A DNA stretch of 35,273 bases. Origin: a virus. How positions within the stretch are numbered: position 1 is the stretch's first letter; every line of letters starts with the position of its first letter. Location: positions 1 through 35,273 of the IMG/VR virus record IMGVR_UViG_3300045988_059116. The stretch is one strand, 5' to 3'. The notes under the pieces are model-generated. The model had not been told where the DNA came from. It worked only from the letters and a program-made list of their open reading frames with translations, and did no database searches. Positions 10,046-17,540 of the stretch are shown here, piece by piece. The position numbers and the translations under genes are program-made.

Positions 10046-10436
10046 TTGTTTTCACTCCTCTCATGTAAAAAAGCACCCGGAGGCTGGATCCATAAATCCA
10101 ATTCCGGTTTTCTTCTCTTCCCAGCAACTGCGGAGCTGCTGAGGTTGTTATTGAGTATATCTGCCAGTCGTCCGAAAATGGGAGTACCTTGGAAGTGGTT
10201 AGGACCAGGTGAACTCGGTCCATCTCTTCCACCAGCTTCTGCTGGTCAGCGCTTTTCCCGTTAAACACGATTGGCAGCGTGTAGTTGGCATTCAGTGTCC
10301 GAAATGTCTCGATCGGTGCGCCTCCTGCATAGCCTACCGCGTAGCCTTCCTCTGGCGGCATTGATCCGACCACGACTGGCATGCTGACCAGCTGCTGAAC
10401 CATTGTCCGAACGACATTCATGACTTCATTAATCAT
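10038..10436 (-). CDS. Neck / tail-terminator-type protein
   Basis: 132-aa ORF directly upstream of the major tail gene, overlapping its neighbours. The call is positional. Confidence 0.5.
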   Translation of the reverse strand: MINEVMNVVRTMVQQLVSMPVVVGSMPPEEGYAVGYAGGAPIETFRTLNANYTLPIVFNGKSADQQKLVEEMDRVHLVLTTSKVLPFSDDWQIYSITTSAAPQLLGREENRNWIYGSSLRVLFYMRGVKTNA

Positions 10437-10804
10437 TGTTCTTTCATCCTTTGCGCAAAGGCATTCTGGGCTGCCTTTTCCCAGTTTTTCCCGTTCACCG
10501 CCTGCGCTACTTCAACCCATAGCTTCCCGGTACCTGGGGTGGTGTAGTTGCGGACCTTATGAGTCCCGTCGGCTCGGATGCCGAAGTACTGATACCCGGC
10601 GCAGACTTTACGCCAGACAAGATCGCGGCTCCCTTTATCCGGCGCTTCAACCCTTCCAGATTTAACCAGAAGGTGCTCTCCGTCGTCCGGGATGAGGTCT
10701 GAGCAATCGGTCATCATTTGTTCGGCCACAGCGGCTGCGGAAAAGTCTGCGGCGCGATCAATGAAACGCTTCCAGGCGGCCGTGTTCGTCTTGATCTTCA
10801 TCAT
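10433..10804 (-). CDS. Tail-completion / HK97 gp10-like neck protein
   Basis: 123-aa ORF in the head-tail joining block with a 4-nt overlap to its neighbours. The call is positional. Confidence 0.5.
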   Translation of the reverse strand: MMKIKTNTAAWKRFIDRAADFSAAAVAEQMMTDCSDLIPDDGEHLLVKSGRVEAPDKGSRDLVWRKVCAGYQYFGIRADGTHKVRNYTTPGTGKLWVEVAQAVNGKNWEKAAQNAFAQRMKEQ

Positions 10805-11187
10805 CAGACCAGCCCCAGCTCGATGTGGTGAACCCGGGTTGCTGGAATGTCCGGCACTGGGTCTACGGTCAGCACTTCGAACTCCCCGACCGTCTGGCCG
10901 GAGGCATTCTGAACAATCGCCCGCATAGGACGGCCAGCAGTCAGACTCTGATCCGCTAAGCTGTCATAGTCCAGCACCGGCGTTGATCGGGTGTTATCGA
11001 TGAACAGGATAGATCTTAGGACGATTTCGGTGTTATCCTTACTTTTTTTCACCTCATTTGTGTTTTGAAGGTGGACACGGCTGACGGTGTACTCCTGCCA
11101 CGTTGCCTTCTGCCAGGCGTCAACGCCAGTGCAGACCTTAATCGTCACCAAGTCCCGTAGTAAGGCGGCTGGTAAGGGTCTAAGCAT
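10804..11187 (-). CDS. Head-closure / minor capsid-type neck protein
   Basis: 127-aa ORF in the head-tail joining block. The call is positional. Confidence 0.5.
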   Translation of the reverse strand: MLRPLPAALLRDLVTIKVCTGVDAWQKATWQEYTVSRVHLQNTNEVKKSKDNTEIVLRSILFIDNTRSTPVLDYDSLADQSLTAGRPMRAIVQNASGQTVGEFEVLTVDPVPDIPATRVHHIELGLV

Positions 11188-11588
11188 CGGATCCTCCTTT
11201 CCATCAGTCCTGTCTGTTCAAGGAAGGTAACGGCCAACGGGCTGATCATCATCTGGGCCGCCGTCTGAGCCCCGCCCGAGGCTCCCGCGCCGTCAATGTG
11301 GACTTTCCCCACTGTATAACCGGCGCCAGTCTGACCGCTCAGGACAGTCTCGATCCCTCCGTTCTGGATGAAGTAAAGGACTTGTGCAGCGGTTGCCTTT
11401 GCGACCAGCTGCTGGACCAGCGGCGGGAAGACGTTAAGCCCTCCCGCTTGGATGATCCTGTACTGCGTGATTGAATCGATCAGATCGCTCGCCTGACTGG
11501 CATAGACTGGGAAGTCCGCTTCACTGATGGTTGGCTGGCCATACAGTTCGGCGTATTCTTCGAGGGTGATGTAAGCCATTCGGCTCAC
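11145..11588 (-). CDS. Head-tail connector (gp6-like DNA-packaging/adaptor protein)
   Basis: 147-aa ORF right after the major capsid gene. The N-terminus MAYITLEEYAELYG....EADF...ASDLIDSIT is typical of phage head-tail adaptor proteins. Confidence 0.6.
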   Translation of the reverse strand: MSRMAYITLEEYAELYGQPTISEADFPVYASQASDLIDSITQYRIIQAGGLNVFPPLVQQLVAKATAAQVLYFIQNGGIETVLSGQTGAGYTVGKVHIDGAGASGGAQTAAQMMISPLAVTFLEQTGLMERRIRCLDPYQPPYYGTW

Positions 11589-11597
11589 CTCCTCCCA

Positions 11598-12794
11598 CTA
11601 GGAACCAACGACGGCAGCAACAGCCGACGCAGCGACTGCTGCGTTGTTTTTCGTTTTATTGACAAGAGCGACGACGATGTATTGGGAATCAGCTGTGGTG
11701 ATTGCCGATCCGTTCTGAATCGGTGTCCAGCCTGACGTCAAACTTTCTCCATAAGCCGGCAGCGGTGTAGCAGCCGCCTGGCTCTTAGCCACATACTGCA
11801 TACCAAACGGCGCAGCCGGCAGGCCGTTGATCACGGTCAGTGTCGAGGACGATCCGGCCGAAGTGGAGAACTGAACAGAACCCAACGACGGAAGCGCCGC
11901 CAGGTTAGCCAGAATGCCAGTTTTGCGGTTGTTCAGGACAAAAACATCATAGTAGTAGCGTTCGTAATAAAGCCACTTGCCCTTGCTCTGCGCTGTCGGG
12001 GCGCTCATCATCGACACATCATAGACAACCGGCGCAGCGATGGCCAGCGGGTCGTACATAACCATATTGACCTGACTCGCACCAGACGCAGCGACCCAGC
12101 CCTGCGTGAAGTCATAGGTGCTCATCATGATGTCACTCGGAACCTCAGCGATCAGAACACCATCCAGCTTGCCAACATTGCGGTCAATATTCCGGATCCC
12201 CGTGTCCGCTTCAACAAAACGAGTGATACCGGCGGCCTCTTTCAGCAGCTTGTAGGTACTCGGTGTCATTTTTACGCGGATTCGATCTCGCGGTACGCGA
12301 TTGTCAACCATGTAGGCCAGATAGGTATCCCAAGTTTCTAAAATGTTATCTTTGGTCATAGAAGTATTGTCCACCGTACCAAAGCTGGAGGCTGCTTCGT
12401 AGAGTTGAGCAACCGCATAAGCATCCTGTTCAGGCATTTTTTGAAACTGATTGAAGGTCTGCGTAATGTTCGCAATCGTAACGATCGCATCCTCTCTCAT
12501 ATCCATCGGATCCACCAAAGTGTCCCATTCGCGATCCATCCGCATCTTCAGGATCTGCTGATCTGTGTTGAAATTGCGGGTAAATTTGCCGTCAAGATTG
12601 TCACGATCAACGGAACGTGCGCCAGACACGGTCATTCCCTGCACCGCAATGGCCTTGCCCCCCAGCGGCTTGTAGGTTGCACTATTCGGGGATCCGTACA
12701 GATCCGAAAAATAAGACCAATACGGATACGCATTGGCCATGGCTTTGCTATATTCTGTAGTGTAATTCAAAGTCTGTTGATTAAATTCAGGCAT
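11598..12794 (-). CDS. Major capsid protein with C-terminal decoration domain
   Basis: 398-aa ORF after the scaffold gene. The C-terminal ~95 aa (…LTSGWTPIQNGSAITTADSQYIVVALVN…) align with the major tail protein C-terminus (…LTGWNDFVPGDYTIPSGDNVVVAMVN…). Confidence 0.8.
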   Translation of the reverse strand: MPEFNQQTLNYTTEYSKAMANAYPYWSYFSDLYGSPNSATYKPLGGKAIAVQGMTVSGARSVDRDNLDGKFTRNFNTDQQILKMRMDREWDTLVDPMDMREDAIVTIANITQTFNQFQKMPEQDAYAVAQLYEAASSFGTVDNTSMTKDNILETWDTYLAYMVDNRVPRDRIRVKMTPSTYKLLKEAAGITRFVEADTGIRNIDRNVGKLDGVLIAEVPSDIMMSTYDFTQGWVAASGASQVNMVMYDPLAIAAPVVYDVSMMSAPTAQSKGKWLYYERYYYDVFVLNNRKTGILANLAALPSLGSVQFSTSAGSSSTLTVINGLPAAPFGMQYVAKSQAAATPLPAYGESLTSGWTPIQNGSAITTADSQYIVVALVNKTKNNAAVAASAVAAVVGS

Positions 12795-12797
12795 TTC

Positions 12798-13283
12798 TTA
12801 GTCTCCTTTCTTGCCAAAGCCCCAGACGCTCTCGAAGGTGTTCTTCTGCGTGCCCTTCGGCATGCCGCCTGCGACGTCTGCGCCGAACCTCGGCGCGACT
12901 TTTCCCGGATCTTCCTCCGGGACGAAGTACTCTTCGTAGTCCTTAGCAATCTTCGCCATCTGTTCTTTAACGGGTTCCGCTTTTTCATCGCGATTAATCA
13001 GCTTGTAAACAGCTTCGCGGAACTTCGGCTTGACGCCGGCATAGTCTTCGGAACCCAGCGCGCGCAGCATGTCGCGTTCGCCGACTACCTTCAGGTACTC
13101 TTCATTAGTTGACAGATCAACGTCTGGCTTGTGGTCCTTCAGTGCCTTGTCCACCTCATCCTGCAGTGATGAACGTGGGATATAGTCAGCCGCCAGTGCC
13201 CGGCCAGATTCTGTCATGATGTAGTCGATCTGATCGGCAGTCAGTCCCTTGCCTTCCAGATCCTTTCGTTTAAAAAGTGCCAT
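12798..13283 (-). CDS. Capsid scaffolding protein (GP20-like)
   Basis: 161-aa charged helical ORF immediately upstream of the major capsid gene. The N-terminus (FKRKDLEGKGLTADQIDYIM) is typical of Firmicutes phage scaffolds. Confidence 0.7.
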   Translation of the reverse strand: MALFKRKDLEGKGLTADQIDYIMTESGRALAADYIPRSSLQDEVDKALKDHKPDVDLSTNEEYLKVVGERDMLRALGSEDYAGVKPKFREAVYKLINRDEKAEPVKEQMAKIAKDYEEYFVPEEDPGKVAPRFGADVAGGMPKGTQKNTFESVWGFGKKGD

Positions 13284-13398
13284 TTCTTTTTTCCGTCCTT
13301 TCTTTACCGCCCCCAGACGTGGGGCGACACGGGCCTTTACCGTCCATCCGCTGGACGCGTTGCCGCTTAACCCTGCGACGGGAGATGCGGATCACCTC
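13284..13398 (-). other. GC-rich structured intergenic element upstream of the scaffold gene
   Basis: 115 nt without an ORF. On the minus strand it contains the hairpins CGTCCA-gcgga-TGGACG and CGCCCCA-cgtc-TGGGGCG, plus CCC-gtcgca-GGG. No U-tract follows them. Confidence 0.35.
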
Positions 13399-13842
13399 CT
13401 AATCGTCGTCATCGTGTCTTTCGCCGCCGCTGCCCAGCGCACCAGCCAGCTTGTAGTCGGCTTCCTTGTTCAGCCAGTACTCGCACTCTTGCAGCCTGTT
13501 GGCCACGCTTGCCGGGACGATGCCCTCTGCGCTCTGCATCAGCCCCGCAGTGCTGCGGAAGGCTTCGCGGGTAATGGAATAGGTTTCTTTTCTTTCTCGC
13601 TTCACAGCAGGCAAAACATCGCGCTGAAACAGCAGAATAGCGTCCGCGATGGTTGGTTCAGTAAACCCCAGCGCGATCCCAGCCTCGATCAGGTCGTCGG
13701 TGAGCTCAGCCAGCTTCTCCTGTACATCATCCAGGTACCCGTGAACCTCGAACCATCCCTCACCGCTTACGCCGTGATGAAGAACGGCCAGATTGCACTG
13801 CAGGACCTTCAGGAAGGCCAGCATCCGTTGAAACTCGTTCAC
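13399..13842 (-). CDS. dps: Dps-like (ferritin-like) protein
   Basis: 147-aa ORF with a GTG start 11 nt after AGGAGG. The segment LHHGVSGEGWFEVHGYLDDVQEKLAELTDDLIEAGIALG matches the Dps ferroxidase pattern H-x12-H-x3-D-x10-D-x3-E (H22, H34, D38, D49, E53). The C-terminus is an acidic tail, GSGGERHDDDD. Confidence 0.7.
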   Translation of the reverse strand: MNEFQRMLAFLKVLQCNLAVLHHGVSGEGWFEVHGYLDDVQEKLAELTDDLIEAGIALGFTEPTIADAILLFQRDVLPAVKRERKETYSITREAFRSTAGLMQSAEGIVPASVANRLQECEYWLNKEADYKLAGALGSGGERHDDDD

Positions 13843-13969
13843 CCTCTTTTCTTCCTCCTTTCTCCCGTCTTACCTGGAGATTTGTGTACTCTTCAGGCGT
13901 AAAAAAAAGGCCGCACTTTTCGCAGCGCACGCCTTCGCGGGTTCCTATAAATTCATGTTGACAGCTCAA
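13760..13969 (-). CDS. Possible small zinc-ribbon-like protein (doubtful)
   Basis: A TTG start lies 7 nt after AGGAGG. The N-terminus SCQHEFIGTREGVRCEKCG has a CxH...CxxC pattern. The last 83 nt overlap the Dps-like gene in another frame and encode low-complexity sequence. Confidence 0.3.
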   Translation of the reverse strand: MSCQHEFIGTREGVRCEKCGLFFTPEEYTNLQVRREKGGRKEGERVSTDAGLPEGPAVQSGRSSSRRKR

Positions 13970-13991
13970 AATTAGTCCTCCTTTCAAGCGC

Positions 13992-14017
13992 AAAAAAGCC
14001 GCCTATTGCAGGTGGCT
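13992..14017 (-). terminator. Possible internal terminator/attenuator between the MuF block and the Dps-like block
   Basis: On the minus strand the sequence reads AGCCACC-tgcaata-GGCGGCT (one internal mismatch) followed by T6. Confidence 0.45.
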
Positions 14018-14040
14018 TACTCTTCAATTTAAATTTTCAA

Positions 14041-14277
14041 TCAATACCACATGACCACACGCTCAGTACGTTTATCTCCAGCTTTTGCCATACGTACCAA
14101 CTCGCGCCGTGCATGACTTGCAGACATCCCATACTCATAGCCTGGCGCTCTATCAATGTGTTTCACTTCTTCGGTTAAAAGATCAATAACCAAAAAACCA
14201 GGATCGGTCGAATCCTCCGGGTAATAATAAGCGGACGCTTCACTTTCGCTTATCTTTATTTGCTTTAAGGTTACCAT
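14041..14277 (-). CDS. Small conserved hypothetical protein overlapping the MuF 3' end
   Basis: The ORF-track frame runs to 14301. The likely start is MVTLKQIKISE, downstream of AAGGAGG. The protein ends in VMWY, and its 5' end overlaps the MuF-like gene by ~38 nt. Confidence 0.55.
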   Translation of the reverse strand: MVTLKQIKISESEASAYYYPEDSTDPGFLVIDLLTEEVKHIDRAPGYEYGMSASHARRELVRMAKAGDKRTERVVMWY

Positions 14278-15925
14278 AGTACGCATCCGCCTCCTTTTCA
14301 TAACTATATTTACGGCTTGTCACGATATGAGCCTCTCGTTGACTCATCCCCTGATCCATCAATTCTTTTTCCATGATTTCATGCTTGATCAAGGTCAAAT
14401 CATGTGGCTCTGGTTTACCTTCCGTCAGTCGTTGCCACGACTGCGCTATCGCACAGTCAGGTGCGAACCTTTCAGCTTTTTCGCCACCCAGATCATGCTC
14501 GTCAAAAAACAAATACTGCTTTATTGCCCGTATCTGTTTATGCGTGTTCCCAGTGGTTTTTGCAACCTTAGCCACATCCGTTTTCATACTTCTCACAAGC
14601 CCATAATAACGCTCCGCATGTTGCTGTGCTTCTTTACTGTCGATATCAACTATTCGCGCTCCGCTAATTGCCTTCAGAGCATCATCACTCTGCTTTTTTA
14701 TGCGAGCTGCCTGTGCTATCACATCTTTAGTATAGCCTTCCACCTGCGTCCTATCAAGTCTCTTTTTGCGCCCAGCAGCTTTGGCGAACTGATTATAGAC
14801 TGCCTGTGCTTCTCTTACTTTCTTACTCTGCGCCGCAAACTCATCATCTAGTCCCGCCGCCTTGTAAGCCAGAGCCTTCCGCTTGGCTTCTCGGACGTCT
14901 CTTTCGAGCGCTCTCATTTTCTGCAGCTCGGCGTACTCCTTGTTGTTGGCTTCTTTGTCTTGAATCTGTTTATCCTGTGGAAAGCTCACACCTGGAATGA
15001 CCGGCAGGGGTCTATGCCCACAGTTGATTCCGAATAAACCAGCCGGCTTTCCGTAACTTGTCGAGCTGATCGGCTTGTAGCTGTGCCGCTTGCCGTCACC
15101 GTCTGTGAAGGTGCCACTTTCACTGCTCCAGGTGAAAAACTTGCCCTGATACGGATAGCACAAAGGCCGTGCCCCGGAATGACTGCTGACCTGGAAAATG
15201 TCGCTGTGATATTCCTTCTGTCTAGCTTTCACTGATTCGATCATCGTGTTGTGGGACGTCGTCCGGACGACCATGCCCATGTAGGCCTCCGGCGTCCAGT
15301 GCCGCCCTGCACGGTCAACAAAGCCGTAGATGCCTTTTTCAGACAGCTGCGTGATCGCTTTTTTCATGACCTGCTGCCGGGTTTCGCTGCCGATGACTTG
15401 GCCCATCGCTGCGTCGTTAACGACGTTGATCGCTTCTTCAACCTGCCCAGAGTCCAGCTCATATTCCGCCCAGCTCACAACGTTGTTGATCGCCGTCAAA
15501 TAGGCTGCTTGTGAGCTCTCCAGCATGGTCGTGTTGGTCAGGTTTGCATCATCCAACGCCTGCTGGGAAAGCTGTTCAAGTACTTGCTTGGTATAGGTTT
15601 CCGGTGCCTGCTCGATGGCTCCGTTTGTGATTGCTTCTTCTATCAATTTGTCAATGTCGGCCAACGCTTCTTTCGATGCGTCTGACAAGGCCTCCTTGAT
15701 CACATTTGGAAGACTCTTCAGCGTCGCGTTGATGATCTTGGCGTTTTCTTCTGTCAACTTGCCCATCTCCTGTAGCTTGTTCAGCTCCCAATCGGCCGTG
15801 CGAATAGCGTTGCCGCTGCCCAAGTGTTTTGCTATATTCTCAATCAGCCGGTCCACACATTCCGCATAGGTCCTTTCGACGGGCTCAGCCAACATGAATT
15901 GCAGCAGTTTTGAAGCTGTGGCCAC
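14240..15925 (-). CDS. Head morphogenesis / minor capsid protein (MuF / SPP1 gp7 / minor-capsid-2 type) with ~150-aa C-terminal extension
   Basis: 561-aa ORF directly after the portal gene. The core (…VVRTTSHNTMIESV…SSHSGARPLCYPYQGKFF…GINCGHRP) is typical of this family. It is followed by a coiled-coil region and then an extra domain (ISGARIVDIDSKEAQQHAERYYG…FAPDCAIAQSWQRL…LIKHEIMEKELM…EAHIVTSRKYSY). Confidence 0.8.
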   Translation of the reverse strand: MATASKLLQFMLAEPVERTYAECVDRLIENIAKHLGSGNAIRTADWELNKLQEMGKLTEENAKIINATLKSLPNVIKEALSDASKEALADIDKLIEEAITNGAIEQAPETYTKQVLEQLSQQALDDANLTNTTMLESSQAAYLTAINNVVSWAEYELDSGQVEEAINVVNDAAMGQVIGSETRQQVMKKAITQLSEKGIYGFVDRAGRHWTPEAYMGMVVRTTSHNTMIESVKARQKEYHSDIFQVSSHSGARPLCYPYQGKFFTWSSESGTFTDGDGKRHSYKPISSTSYGKPAGLFGINCGHRPLPVIPGVSFPQDKQIQDKEANNKEYAELQKMRALERDVREAKRKALAYKAAGLDDEFAAQSKKVREAQAVYNQFAKAAGRKKRLDRTQVEGYTKDVIAQAARIKKQSDDALKAISGARIVDIDSKEAQQHAERYYGLVRSMKTDVAKVAKTTGNTHKQIRAIKQYLFFDEHDLGGEKAERFAPDCAIAQSWQRLTEGKPEPHDLTLIKHEIMEKELMDQGMSQREAHIVTSRKYSYEKEADAYYGNLKANKDKRK

Positions 15926-17535
15926 TATTCAGCCCCGCCCATCTCCAAAACGTCCAAGAAGTTGCCGGAGACGCTCTTTTCATCGCCGATCTCCTTCAGT
16001 TCTCGTGCCGCTTCGTCTTCTGTATAACCCAGCTTGTCAACAAGAAAACGCTTTTTGCTCATCAAACCACTGTTGACCAGGGTGATCCCTTCATTGATGT
16101 TCGTCTGGCGGTCTTGTAGGATTGAATCGTCAAAGACAACTTTGCTCTCCCAGCCCTGATTGGCAAGATTCTGGATCTTATACCCTTCCCAACTCAGCCC
16201 GTACAGGCCGGCCACTTCGATAATGGTGTCAACCACCTGATTGATGGCCAGTTTGACCTGTAATTGATGGCTCTTAATGGTCTTATAGGTCTTACTATTC
16301 TCGCTGATGACCTCAGTGGCCGTCTTCAGTCCCTGTGCTCGGTCAAAGGTAAACGTTCCAGCGCTGAACCCAACCTGCAGGCAAAGGATAGACAGAAAGG
16401 CGTTAATAGCCGCGACGTGTTCTTCAACGCGCAATTCGACGCTGTTGTCCTGGATCTTCAGATCATCCGGGTTGTCCGTATGCAACGCTTCGTAGGTCTC
16501 GTCCGATGCATCGAAGTACCGCACCATCTCCTGCGTATGTGGATTAACTACCGTCCGGATACACTGCGCCGGGACGATGATCCGTTTCTTGCCCAGTCTA
16601 AACTCACGAATAAATGAATCGTAGCAAATATCCAGCGCCTTCAGCGTACTCAGTGCATTGGCATAAATCGACACACCCAACGGGCTGTTGTCGTCGATGT
16701 TGTTAGCCACTGCCGTGCGGTAGTAAGCAAACAGGCTTGCGCTGATGCCCTGTACTGACGTTTCCTCATTCAGAAACGGATAGATCTGTTCCAGCGGATA
16801 GCGGAACCCCAGAATGTCCTGCGGTTCCACATTGCCCCGGTTCTCCATGATCTCTGTCCGGTACAGCTCATTTGTAATCCAGTAAGTCAGCCCGTCCCAC
16901 TTATGCCACTCCAACCGGGTGTAGTAGTAGCCGTCCTTTGCCTGGCGGCTGATGAACACGCCATCCGTAACTCTGGCGTTGTCCCATCCAGTCGGGACAA
17001 ACTGATCGGCCATGCAGAACCCTAACCGAATCTGGCCCGAATTGGGGATCGGGTTGCCGTTGCTGTCCCTTTTCTCGTCATACCAGACTTTGATTGCCCC
17101 GCCTCCCAGCGCCAGGGATTGCTCTATATGCTCTTGCATCTTCTGCCAGAAGTTATTTCTCGCCAGGACGTCATGCACAAAGTCATTCAGCGGTTGGTTC
17201 TCGCCGTTTCCCTGGGTTACATGCACCTCGCACTGTTCCGACCAGATCAGCCCCGCCAGTTCAGCACAGACGGCCTTTGCGGTGTCCATCCGCTCAATGT
17301 CTCGCTCATGCCTCGGTTCAGCAATCGTCGGCGCAGCGATTCGGTGCCAGGGCTTATAATAGCCTTTATAGATGTACTTCCAGACGAAGATCCCGAAGTA
17401 ATAGAACTGATTGAAGGCGGGTACGCCGCCGATCTCAAAAACATCTTTGAATTCCTTTGACAAGCCTGTGTAGGCCGCTGTTTTCTGCATCCAGTTTCTC
17501 ACCTTCTTTTTTATCTTTTCAAACAAAAATTTCAC
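15925..17535 (-). CDS. Portal protein (SPP1 gp6-like)
   Basis: 536-aa ORF immediately after terL, with size and position typical of a portal. The N-terminus (…GVPAFNQFYYFGIFVWKYIYKGYYKPWH) resembles Firmicutes siphovirus portals. The start may be the TTG a few codons inside the ORF. Confidence 0.85.
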   Translation of the reverse strand: MKFLFEKIKKKVRNWMQKTAAYTGLSKEFKDVFEIGGVPAFNQFYYFGIFVWKYIYKGYYKPWHRIAAPTIAEPRHERDIERMDTAKAVCAELAGLIWSEQCEVHVTQGNGENQPLNDFVHDVLARNNFWQKMQEHIEQSLALGGGAIKVWYDEKRDSNGNPIPNSGQIRLGFCMADQFVPTGWDNARVTDGVFISRQAKDGYYYTRLEWHKWDGLTYWITNELYRTEIMENRGNVEPQDILGFRYPLEQIYPFLNEETSVQGISASLFAYYRTAVANNIDDNSPLGVSIYANALSTLKALDICYDSFIREFRLGKKRIIVPAQCIRTVVNPHTQEMVRYFDASDETYEALHTDNPDDLKIQDNSVELRVEEHVAAINAFLSILCLQVGFSAGTFTFDRAQGLKTATEVISENSKTYKTIKSHQLQVKLAINQVVDTIIEVAGLYGLSWEGYKIQNLANQGWESKVVFDDSILQDRQTNINEGITLVNSGLMSKKRFLVDKLGYTEDEAARELKEIGDEKSVSGNFLDVLEMGGAE

Positions 17536-17540
17536 CCTCT

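Noticed and set aside
13760-13993. Fusion of the small zinc-ribbon-like ORF to the Dps-like ORF by frameshifting at the T8 run (13902-13909)
   Set aside because: The Dps frame has a TAA 27 nt upstream of its GTG start, and the Dps gene has its own well-spaced AGGAGG. There is no reading-frame path that gives a fusion, so the overlap is treated as incidental.
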